This document shows positions 47,669 to 58,259 of a stretch of 64,000 nt of DNA, one piece after another; within the stretch, counting starts at the first letter, position 1; the number at the start of each line of letters is the position of its first letter. Origin of the DNA: Fistulifera solaris (lineage: Eukaryota); assembly GCA_030295235.1 (NCBI GenBank), contig AP026154.1, forward strand, positions 310,001 through 374,000. The letters run 5' to 3'. The notes under the pieces are model-generated. The model saw only the letters and a program-made list of their open reading frames with translations, ran no database searches and was not told the origin of the DNA. The translations under genes were made by a program, and so were the position numbers.

Positions 47669-48814
47669 CTATTCTTGCTGTTTCTTTATTTCTTCCTGTA
47701 GCATACGCCGCACCAGCTGCATCTTGCCCTTGGGGACGTTGCGCAAGAACTCGGGACTATTCTTCTGCAAGGCCGACCGGATGACGCTATCTTCCCACGA
47801 TTGGGAACTCAATAGCTCTACGTAAGGTTTCAATACGGTCGGATAGGTAATCAACAGATAGGTATCCGAATCTTCATCCACCAAGGCAATGATCCCGTCA
47901 GTGCGAAGAGCGCCTATGGTTCGCAGCAGCAAATAGTTGAAGTTGCTATGATTGGCAATGCCGTCGAAATGGTGTTGGTGCTCCAGCAATTGCCGATATT
48001 GGAAATAGAAAAGCGAATCTCGGTCGGCGAGATTCAACAAAAGCTCCAACAGCTTCATTCGAAAACAAAATTTGACATCGGTGGATTCCGGTGTCGCAAT
48101 GCAGGAACAGTACAATAAATCTGTTTTGATGTAGCTCGATGGACATTGACAGTGGACACCAAACAGTCTCCATGCACTGATCGTATCATCGGCAGACGGA
48201 AAATCCTGTTGTTCAACAATTTGTTGTTGCAAGTGAGTTCCCAAAGCCTCTAGCACCTCCTGGACGGAGGAATGCGTGTGCTGGGCCACCTTCAACACGT
48301 GACGGCTTTCAGTATCCAAGGAAAACGGGGCGGCCCTTCTATGGGATCCAACATGAATCGGCTGACACCACGAAACTCGTATCTCGCGTTTTGAGACACC
48401 TGTTTCCAAGGTGCCCTCCAGACGACCCATGACTTTGACCATTATTCCCACACCCAGCGAAGTTTCCGAGGACTCATCCGCCAGGGCCGGTAAGGCATCC
48501 CGAAACTGATCATCTTCCCAATAAATACAATCCATCAATCCAGTACCATCGTCCAAAACGAACGATGATCCCGAAAACTTGCGTTCGTACGCTACAATGC
48601 AACCCACCAAACAGCATCGGGATACCGGGATACAGGAGCCCGGTAGACAGTGGAAACCGTTGATGACGTGCAAATCGTGTATCTGCGCCACGAGCAAAGG
48701 AATGTGAGCCCAATAGGACGGTAAGAGTCCCACTAAAGCTTCAGGAACGTCTTGTTGGTTCGTCGTCGTCGTCGTCGTCGTCGTCGTCATATCTTTCGAA
48801 TGCACACGGAGCAT
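47669..48814 (-). CDS. STN1/RPA2-like OB-fold protein (probable CST complex subunit)
   Basis: LVGCIV..ERK...FVLDDGTGLMDCIYW...GIMVKVMGRL...REIRV OB-fold pattern, followed by a helical C-terminal domain. Confidence 0.7.
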   Translation of the reverse strand: MLRVHSKDMTTTTTTTTTNQQDVPEALVGLLPSYWAHIPLLVAQIHDLHVINGFHCLPGSCIPVSRCCLVGCIVAYERKFSGSSFVLDDGTGLMDCIYWEDDQFRDALPALADESSETSLGVGIMVKVMGRLEGTLETGVSKREIRVSWCQPIHVGSHRRAAPFSLDTESRHVLKVAQHTHSSVQEVLEALGTHLQQQIVEQQDFPSADDTISAWRLFGVHCQCPSSYIKTDLLYCSCIATPESTDVKFCFRMKLLELLLNLADRDSLFYFQYRQLLEHQHHFDGIANHSNFNYLLLRTIGALRTDGIIALVDEDSDTYLLITYPTVLKPYVELLSSQSWEDSVIRSALQKNSPEFLRNVPKGKMQLVRRMLQEEIKKQQE

Positions 48815-49367
48815 GCGCGACGTGATATTATTATTGCGGTATGCCCCTTACCGTCTCCCTCGTTGATGATGACACATCAGTCGCATAATATTGACGTTGA
48901 TTTTGTTGTAAGAATTTTTAGATCAAAGAGAATTTTATACACACAGTTCAAATAAGAATGTGAATCATCGAGACGAGCCATTTTTCACTACTAATAAAAG
49001 CATTCAAAAATAGGTCCGCCATCCTCGTGACTGCAATCCAATCATGGGTCTCAACATTGAGTATAGCCTAAAAAGAAGGGGAGACGATACGACTCAACTC
49101 GTTTTCAGTCCCGGAGAGGAACCACAACCATCTGGAAGGATGCAATCGTCTCTGGCATTCGACCCTTGTTTTCTTCAGAGTATCTGTCGTTGTTTATGGT
49201 GGTGAAACGGTGAAACGCCAATTATGAACATTTGTTGGGTCATTCAAGCGATACGTTAAGGTCTACAGTTTTGCAGAGTAGCAAATCGATTCAATGGTTT
49301 GAAAGTGACTGAATCCACATATCCAACAGCGACAAGAACACTACAGATTGTGCTTGAAGTTCTAAGT

Positions 49368-50048
49368 TTAATCCTTCTTACTCTTGGGTTCATCAAATTT
49401 ACCGGCCTTGAAGCGTTCCAAGAGTTGATCGACTCGTTGCGCGAGGCCCACTTCATCAAAGTAGCCCTCCTTATCAAAGAACTGACCGACGCTCCACGTT
49501 TGTTCAACATATGGTGAAACGGCATTCTTATCATCCAACTGAAATTGAACTATGACAGTGTACCACTCGGAGAAACGAGGTAGCTGCGATCGAATTCTCA
49601 TACCATATTTGGCCATGTCAGCATTCGTCTTGGGCGCATTTTCGAGCGGTTTCGTCAAAAGAATGGCATCTTTGTCAATGAAGGTGGTAATGAACTGTAA
49701 GATACCCGAAAGAATAAAGTAGAGTGCACCACAAATGCCCAAAATCGGCCGAGATTCCGGAAACGGAATGGGGACAAATTGCGCGACACACGCCGCAACA
49801 CACGCCGCAAACATGATGAGCAATTTCCAATTATCCCACGAATGCTCTTCTTCTACGTGCTGATTGACGGCTAGAACAACAGCTTCGTCAAGTACTTGCT
49901 TCATTTTCACCATATCGCCCAAATCAACTTGCAAGAGCTCCAGTTCGTCTTCGACATACCCTGGAATGGTCGGTGCTTCGTCGTTCGACGATGCTGTACT
50001 GCGTTCTTCCGGCTCGCTGGTCGAGCTGTTGGATTTCTTCTTGGCCAT
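49368..50048 (-). CDS. SPCS2: Signal peptidase complex subunit 2
   Basis: 226 aa with two TMs, KQVLDEAV, YFILSGILQ and SVGQFFDKEGYF. Confidence 0.85.
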   Translation of the reverse strand: MAKKKSNSSTSEPEERSTASSNDEAPTIPGYVEDELELLQVDLGDMVKMKQVLDEAVVLAVNQHVEEEHSWDNWKLLIMFAACVAACVAQFVPIPFPESRPILGICGALYFILSGILQFITTFIDKDAILLTKPLENAPKTNADMAKYGMRIRSQLPRFSEWYTVIVQFQLDDKNAVSPYVEQTWSVGQFFDKEGYFDEVGLAQRVDQLLERFKAGKFDEPKSKKD

Positions 50049-50555
50049 TGTTGTGTTTTTCCTTTTATTTTACAAGGTTAAAGTTGTTGCGAGACGAAAT
50101 AAATAATGATTGTCTCGCTTATTTTGTTGTGCAGACGAGCGAGGGCAAAGCAAAAGCAAGGGTCGCTATGTTGCGAGTTGCGAAACGAGGCGGCGCGACA
50201 CGTGGATTTCGTGCGTCTGTCTGGCTGTGCTATGGGTCGGTACACCATCAGAGGGTACCGTTACGATGTATGTAGGCATTACCAGTCGAAAAAGTACCGG
50301 TAGTCATTCAACCGGGTGGCGGGTGGTATACGTCATCGTCACAAGCACTGCACGGCAAGCTGCAAGAAGGTATAACAAATAATAATCACACAACAACCCG
50401 TTCCTCCTGACTCCTGACTCGGTTGTCAAAAGCGCAAACAACCTGTGACAAGGTTCTCTTGGTCAGTGCATCAATCAATCTTTCTCGTAGTGCATCAATC
50501 AGCTTCATCTTATTTCAATCTTCTATTTCACCGTTCATTTTCTGCTACCGCCGCT

Positions 50556-51081
50556 ATGAAATCATTTTCCATCGCCATGCTTTTCTGCCTCGTCGTAGGT
50601 TTGGTTTCGGGTTTCCAAACTCCGGTGCCCAAAGTGACAACAACGGCTCTTCACGTTTTCGGAAACAAAAAGTCTGCCGCTGCCAAAGAAGAAGTCAATT
50701 CGCAATACTGGCAAGGGGAATGGGTCTGTAAGGATTGTGGTTACATTTACAATCGAGTACGTTTATCTTGGGCATAGAGAGAGCGGATGATTTACCCTCC
50801 AAAACAAGACGATATTTTTTTCTTACTCCCCCCAGTGAACGGTTCTCTCACCAGTTTCTCTTTTTCATTTCTAGGCAGAATGCGCCGGCATGTATTTTGA
50901 AGAACAGGGACCAGGATTTCGCTGCCCGCAGTGTTCGGGTCCTCGTCGTCGCTACGCGAAAAAAGTAGGCGACCGCGTCGGTACAACATTGGATGGCGGA
51001 GATGCACCTATTCTTCTATTTAGCTTTGGTGGTGTGATTGCTACCATTGCCTTTGGTATCTGGGCCGTCAACAATCTTTAA
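50556..51081 (+). CDS. Plastid-targeted rubredoxin-like protein with C-terminal TM; intron 50757-50874
   Basis: Signal peptide ending VSG-F, WVCKDCGYIY...FRCPQC, and a hydrophobic tail. Confidence 0.85.
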
Positions 51082-51647
51082 AAAGGCCAAGCCATCGACT
51101 GGAAGACTGCCGACTTCTTGTCACTTGGGCTCACTATTATCAGACTATGCCATTTACACTAAGTTTTACTGAAGCAACAAGTATTCACTCTATTATTATT
51201 CTTCTGTCTATTAGAAGGATAAAACAATCATTCAATTCAAAAGGACTTGGTGCGCAAGATAGAATGCTTGGGATGCTTCTATACGAGGGATAGGGGATGG
51301 TACGCCTACCGTGGACTCCTCCGAAAACGGTCCGACTTGAAAGGTATGCCAGTTTAGCACCTTTTTTTTTACTAAGTACTGTAACAAAAAACGTCATTTG
51401 ATCGTTCACGTCCTGTTGTTTCCGCCGTGCGCCCTGCCTGATACGGTACCTGGTACCCGTACCTGATACGGTTGTCGTGAGGTGCGCGCACCTTCACTGA
51501 TGGCCATGGTAATGGTACCGTGTAGTAACACTGCGAATAAACGCTTTATGTTTTTATTATCTGACAATAGAGAGGACGCTTTATTCCGACTGGGTTTGTC
51601 TTTCCTTCAATTAACAGGTTTACAAACAACGCATAGAGTATGCTCCT

Positions 51648-53156
51648 ATGTGGTGGTCGAAAAAGGAGACCGCACCAGCTGCAAAACCAGAAGCAATATT
51701 AAAGAAGAATGGGAAAAGCGCGAAAACGCGAATTTCCCTAGACGCGAGTGAGGCGACTGTGTTGAATACAGCTGAAACAGGGTCCGGCTTCGAAGTGCAT
51801 TTTGTTAAGGAGAGCGATCCAGTCCGCCATGATCGACGTAGTGACAAATCCTCGGGAACACGAGAAATTTCTGACTTGATGAAGAGCGAACTATCGAACG
51901 AAACGTCTGTAGTTTATCGTCTTTTGTCGGTAGAAAATATGATGAAGGGACGAAGAAAAGTTCACCGGTCTCAATACGCATCGTATGGCTGTAACACTCA
52001 CGAAGGATCTCTGGTAGACGAGCCGGTCCTCGATTGTTTCGTCCCTCGGCCTCATCGTGTTCCCCTCGCTGGAAATGTACAATCCACCTGGACAGTCAAA
52101 CCGTCGAAGATAAAAAAATCGCTCCTTCTTCTGCAGCAATATGATGTGTCTTCCGAATTACGGTGTCTTGAGGAGGAGATTAAGCTAATGGATGTGGAAA
52201 TTATTAATCTCAAGAAGGATAAAGCTGATATGGAGGTCAACAGCCGACACGTGTCGGTGCAATCGAATCATCACACCACCAATGGCATTAGTAGCCCAAT
52301 TGTCGACGCACATCGTTTGCTATTAGGAGGAGCGCCCAAATTGTCGTCAGCGGAAAAGAAGCAACTGCAAGAGCTGCGCGGGACATGTTTGACACTGAGA
52401 CTCAGCAACTTGAAATGTCGGGAGTTTTTACTTTCCAAATGCGGCTTCAAGACTTCTTTCTTTTCTCAGTTTATACCGAATACACAGTCTTCTTCACCAA
52501 TGACTCTTTCGAAAGAGAATTGTGGAGAAGACGGCCCGGCTGCTTCCATACAGCACATTTGCCTGCTTTCCGATGATTCTGTTTTGATCAGCCTCGACAG
52601 CGACAAGTCGCTTCATCACGGGAGATTGCCCGAGCGACTCTATCGCCGGTTACAACCGGATCAGAACATTAATCAAAATCACCTACATTATGTCGCTACC
52701 GGACCGCTGGGATGTTATTATGCGGAATTTCGTTCCGGAAAAGCTATTTGGGGTATAGCATCCGACTCATCCGAGGGTGACGACTTTGCTACTTTGTGTC
52801 GCGACTGGAACGTTTCAAGAGTGACGTTTGGTCCATTCTGTGTGGTCCATGATAGCAATGGGATTGCCCACAAAGCCGCCTCTTGGGTCATTCTGAGCTG
52901 TGACGGTCGAGCCGCTTGGAAAAACGTCCCAAGTAGATTGCACCGCTTGCTGGAAGATCGTCTGGCCAGTCAAGCCGCACCAGTAGAAGTGTCGCTGGGG
53001 TACGGTGATTCCTATTTTGTCCGATTCTTGGATGGATCCGTGGATTACTGTCTGCCGGCCCATGTGGCGATGGTGATTGAGGAGGGGAAACTGGACGTTA
53101 CATCCATTTCCTTGCACCCGGACTCACCCTATGACTTTGTGATACGACACCGCTGA
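51648..53156 (+). CDS. Hypothetical protein with a short coiled coil and a C-terminal repeated beta-rich motif
   Basis: 502-aa ORF; the C-terminal third has three similar units. Confidence 0.75.
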   Translation: MWWSKKETAPAAKPEAILKKNGKSAKTRISLDASEATVLNTAETGSGFEVHFVKESDPVRHDRRSDKSSGTREISDLMKSELSNETSVVYRLLSVENMMKGRRKVHRSQYASYGCNTHEGSLVDEPVLDCFVPRPHRVPLAGNVQSTWTVKPSKIKKSLLLLQQYDVSSELRCLEEEIKLMDVEIINLKKDKADMEVNSRHVSVQSNHHTTNGISSPIVDAHRLLLGGAPKLSSAEKKQLQELRGTCLTLRLSNLKCREFLLSKCGFKTSFFSQFIPNTQSSSPMTLSKENCGEDGPAASIQHICLLSDDSVLISLDSDKSLHHGRLPERLYRRLQPDQNINQNHLHYVATGPLGCYYAEFRSGKAIWGIASDSSEGDDFATLCRDWNVSRVTFGPFCVVHDSNGIAHKAASWVILSCDGRAAWKNVPSRLHRLLEDRLASQAAPVEVSLGYGDSYFVRFLDGSVDYCLPAHVAMVIEEGKLDVTSISLHPDSPYDFVIRHR

Positions 53157-53626
53157 CGGCCTATAGGCACATAATAGTTGAAAGTCGGCTTAGTCGCTTT
53201 TGGCGAACGCTAACATAATTTTATCAAAAATAGGAATGAACGAGAAATAAAACGTTACGTTGAAAATTTCTTGCGGTAGCTAGCGCTTTTTATCTTCATT
53301 CTCTTAGTTATCAATAAAGTATGTTACAATGGTTTTCGTGATGTATCTAGATCGTCTGGACTATTATTTTATGACTTTTTGAACTAATAGACGCGTTCTA
53401 ACCTTGTGGAGAATGAGTTCCGAGTTCCTAGCCGGGAAATCAGTAGAATCTGGAATCTTGTAAATGCAAACCAAAACTATACACCGAGCAATGGACGGAC
53501 TCTCAGTCAGCACCAATGAATTATTTTTTGTGCGAGAGATTCCCCAAGCAAGATGGGACGACAAATGCGCCCGGAAACAGAACATCATTCGACGAGGACT
53601 TGTTTCTATGATTTATTTTCATAGAA

Positions 53627-56475
53627 ATGGCATCTTTGACCATGAAGCCTGCTCTTCCCTCCAAGAAACGAAAAAATTCATTTGGAAGTGAAGGACAGTC
53701 CTCGTCATCGGAAACAGCGACTCGGATACGGAGAGACTCGTCCGACAATGAACACCATTCTTTGAGAATCATCGCGGAAAGCCGACTGCCCAGCAAAAAG
53801 AGGAAAAGCTCACATGATTCATCTCTTCTGGGGGTTAACGCTACTTCAAATGAAGCATCGCGGAAAGGCCATAGGAAGGGTTCGAATGACATGTCAGTGT
53901 CATTTGAAGACGGTATGCGACCCCAGGGTCCGTCAGGGGGTTCTATTACCGGCTTGCTCGAAAGTGATACACTATCGAAGAAGGGAACGCGGGATACAAA
54001 GACACCCTTCTTGAAAGAGGATGCACAAAAAGGCGAAAATGACTCGAGCAACAATAACGAACCGATGCAATCTGCTGTCCCCAATGTCGCGTTAGAACAT
54101 CTTAATGCACTTGCGGAAAACTCGGAAGTTCCCCCCTGTTGGAAGAGATCGTTCGGGTTCTGTTACTTTTGCAGCAGCTCCTGCTCCATCTACTTCTATC
54201 ATTGAACCGAAATCAATTGCCGAGCTGAAAAAGATGTGCCGACCAATGATGATCACAGTACGAGTAGCACGACTACTTCTGGACATCGACTTCTGTTCGA
54301 AGCTATCATGATGAAAGAAGGCGATTACGATGAAAGACACCGACTGAACTCATGGGGTGGTAAATCATTGAAAGACGAGTCGCAACGAGGTCGATTGGAT
54401 TCGTTGGGGCATTCGTTTTTGGATGGAATAGGACGGGATCGTTTAGACTCCATGCCGCCATCATTCGAGGAAGGAATCACACGCGAGCGATTAGACTCAT
54501 TAGGGGGTTGGAGAGGCGCCCGCGATCGGCTGGAGTCTTGGGGGGGAATGTCTGATTTGTCTTTGCCTTTGGGTCACGATTCAATATCAGGTCAAGTACT
54601 GCCACCGCACCAGCCGCCCTTTCTAGATAGTTTGGGGGATGATTTGAAACATAGCAACGTTCCAAACCGGATATCGCTGGAACGGCAAAGGCTGAGCTCG
54701 ATTGCATCCATGTCGGAGGTTTCAGTATCGCAATTGCCATATTTGCACATGGATGCTGTCGCAGACTCGGCAGGGGATATTCAAGCGTATGTTGCGGCGG
54801 CCATGGCTTCCGTGAGCGACCAAATTGCCGATTTGGCAGGGGTGGTCGAAACTGTTGCGAACTCTGCGGATTCTGTTTCGATCGATCTTATTCATAGAGA
54901 TCACCTGGACAGTGACGCGAGCAGCGTGGCCTCGCCATTGATCGGAGCCGCCACGGATTCGTCTCGGAGGAAGCGTGCTGTCCGCCCGCGTTCTTGGTCT
55001 ACCTCGTCTGGTCTATCATTGGATTTTGATGCTGTCGTAGCTGCCGTCAACGCCGCTGAAGCTGCAACTGGGAAATTGGATCTTGCATTCATAGGTCGCA
55101 CGGGTAGTGCGAATAGTATCTCTCATTCCGGAAAAGCCTCGTCAATCCGACGAACTTTACCGACTCAAAGGACACGTGGGGAGAGTATTTTCACTCAAAC
55201 ATCAGAAGACATTAGTGAAGAAGAGAAGGAGCGTATCAGAGAAAGGGCTCGAGCTGTCGCAGGGTACAAGCCAGGTTCAAACGGTAGTCTGTCTAAAAAG
55301 AAAAGCGGACCAATTAAGAAGCGTTCCAAACGAGATTCGCCTGAAAAAGAAGATGTTACTCGGACTCCCAAGCATTCTAATAGTCGCCATTCGCTCGATT
55401 TACCTGACGACGCACCGTTACCGCCGCAAATATCTTCTGCCAACCCACTTGACGCGTCCTCCTCATCAGCAATGAAAGGTGCGAAGGGACAAGCAAGTCA
55501 AAAGTGGGATAGCATGTTTGACTGTTTATTAGAATTCATTACCGATCGAAAAAGTGAAGAAACAGCCGGAATGGCCCAGAAAGACATCGATGAATGGATG
55601 TGGGACGGTAATGTTCCTACCAATTACAAAACGAAATGCGGAAAAGCTCTCGGGCGATGGGTGAATAATCAACGCTCAGCCAAGAGTAAGGGAACCTTAA
55701 AGGATGATCGGGAAGAGCGGCTCATCGACGCTGGTCTCAAATGGAGTGTAATGGCTGGAAACGCATGGAACGAGATGTTGAAAGAACTCCGTGTGTATGT
55801 AGACGAGCAGACAAAAGATGGTGGATCCTGGGATGGAAACGTGCCGACAACGTATCAGATCAAGACAAGTGAGGAGAGTGCGTTTGCGGGCGAAGACAAG
55901 AACTTGGGACGCTGGGTGAATCGGCAGAGAAGTTTGTTCCAGTCAGGAAAACTTCGTAAGGATCGAAAAGCAGCTTTGGATAAATTAGGACTGAAGTGGT
56001 CGATGCTCGCTACGACCACCTGGGACTGCATGTGGGAGACACTCCGCGAATACGTCCAGGAGCAGGAGAAAGCGAACGGCAAGTGGGACGGTAACGTTCC
56101 GGCGAATTACAAAACGAACGATAATCCGCCGAGGGCACTGGGTCGCTGGATTAATCGGCAAAGATCGGCTTACATGAAAAGAAGCTGAAGAAAGAATGTG
56201 TCGAGAAGCTGACCGACATTGGCTTGAAGTGGTCCGTTCATCAACGTCAGGGTGAGGGTATGGACGAAGATGACAACGGCGACGATTGCGAGTTTATGGA
56301 CGAAGTAGATAGCGAGTACAATGAGGAAGCTGCACATGAGAGAGCTGCGGAAGAAGTCGTCGAGACGAAGGATGCAAAGACTGCGAATCAAGGTGCTGAC
56401 CAACAAGAAAAAGTTGCGAATCAAGAAGAAAAGGTTGCGGATCCAGTCACATCTACAACAACTTCGACACTCTAA
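53627..56475 (+). CDS. Helicase-associated (HA) domain protein with three HA repeats; frameshifts at about 54131, 54228 and 56177
   Basis: Three W..M...L..(Y/F)...DGNVP..Y....LGRW(V/I)N.QR......L...GLKW units. Single-base homopolymer corrections join four ORFs. Confidence 0.82.
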
Positions 56476-56522
56476 TTTACATTCTATTGTACTATAAAAA
56501 CGAACGAAAGTCTGACGGCTTG

Positions 56523-57843
56523 TTACGAACCGCCGAGTACTTCGGAAACCACGTAATGAGCCATCGCCATGGAACTCGTCAGACCCGGACTTTCTATACC
56601 AAGAAGGTGAACCAAACCAGGCACACCGTGTTCCTGCGGCCCCATGGTGAGGAAATCTTGCTCTATCCTGTTCATTTTGGAGTTCTTGATGGAGGGATGC
56701 GTTAACTTGGGTCGAACACCGGCATAATCCGGCACCAAGGCCCCATCTGGTAAATCTGGCCAATACTTTCTTATCGAATTGTAAAATACTAGTTGAGCTC
56801 GATCATTGTTTACTGTATAATCAATGTCGTCTGGCTGAATATCCTCGTGCAACCATTCTACATCAGGACCAAACCGGACCATTCCTGCCAGATCTAATGA
56901 GGCGTATCGTAGTCAGAGTTTACTGCATAATGTATGTACACGATGCGTCGAAATGAGTGCACTTACCCAAGGTAGCATGCACTCCCAAACCTCCCCGTTC
57001 ATCAGGTAAAGGATAGACGAGTCGTGAAAATGGCGACGTTTGACCTTGCAGACGAAAATAATTTCCCTTGCAGTCTGTTTGGACAATCATTCGAAGCTGT
57101 AAGACAAATACAATCGTTCCTGTACGCCAAGTAGAGAAAGGACGACTTACAATATTGTTTTGGGGGCCGCCAAAAATGATTTTGATGCAACATCGAGGCT
57201 ACTCGATCGGCCCACAAGCCCGCCGCATTCACTACATTTCGACAAGCGATCCACGTCCCTCCCACCTGCAGTTCTACGCTATTCGTAATCCGGGCATCTT
57301 CCACGGCACTTTGTAGTGCTAAGGTGGCACCGTGTGCTTCCGCATCCGCTAATAAACTGTACAAAAATGATGCGAATCGACGATCCCCGTCGATGGCGAC
57401 CACAATGCACCGATGACGTGGGACAAATGAGGCTCCAAATCCGCAATATGCGCCGTATCGGTCAGCAATTGCACATTTGTAACACCATTGCGCAACGCTT
57501 GATGATACAAGGGAACGAGTTTGTCACGAAAGGAAGCTTCGCTTGTCGCCACAATCAATTTCCCACATTGGTGCACATCGACAGATCGTTCACGACAATA
57601 CTGATACAACATACGCCGCCCTTCGACGCAAAATTTTGCCTTGAAGGAGTGCTGTGGATAATACAAGCCCGCATGAATGACTTGCGAATTGCGAGAAGAT
57701 GTTTCTTGGCCGATCGAGGCGTTTCGTTCGACGATCAATACGTCACGGCCGGTTTTCGCCAAGCTACGGGCGACGGCGAGTCCTATAACACCAGCTCCAA
57801 TGACGACGGCATCAACGGAATGAGCTGTGTTCTTTAAGATCAT
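56523..57843 (-). CDS. L2HGDH: L-2-hydroxyglutarate dehydrogenase/oxidase-like FAD protein. Introns 57075-57150 and 56894-56966; frameshift at about 57363
   Basis: Motifs [68 protein letters not shown] and [10 protein letters not shown]. Confidence 0.9.
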
Positions 57844-58259
57844 GTACAGAATTGCGAAGGTTTATAATAAGGAAAGAAAGTCGATCCTTCGGATTTTTTT
57901 TGTTTCAGTAAAAATAATTTCGCGCTGTATTCCGCGTGTCGCATTAAACTCGGGACTCGACACTCGTGTCCGACGAATTTCACACCGATCACCGGACGAC
58001 GGACAATCGTAGCGGCTTTTTTACTTAAATTTGCATTTGACGCGTTGAAAAATAAAGGGAAAATGGCAGTTGTTGACTACCATTGCTCTTCTGTGTATGA
58101 TATCATGTCTCTTTCTGTTTCATTTCTGCTTTGAAAGAATTCATTTTATCAAGATTCTCATAAAGTGTAGGTTCAACTCGTCCGAGAAAGCCTTGCAAGC
58201 TTCTTCAAAGCGCTCAAGGCGACCGCCTTTCTGGCGGATGAGTACCTACAATACATACC

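Noticed and set aside
30036..57843. Nitrogen/2-oxoglutarate gene cluster (CAT transporter, GOGAT, L2HGDH)
   Set aside because: The genes are separated by many unrelated ones; no evidence of functional clustering.
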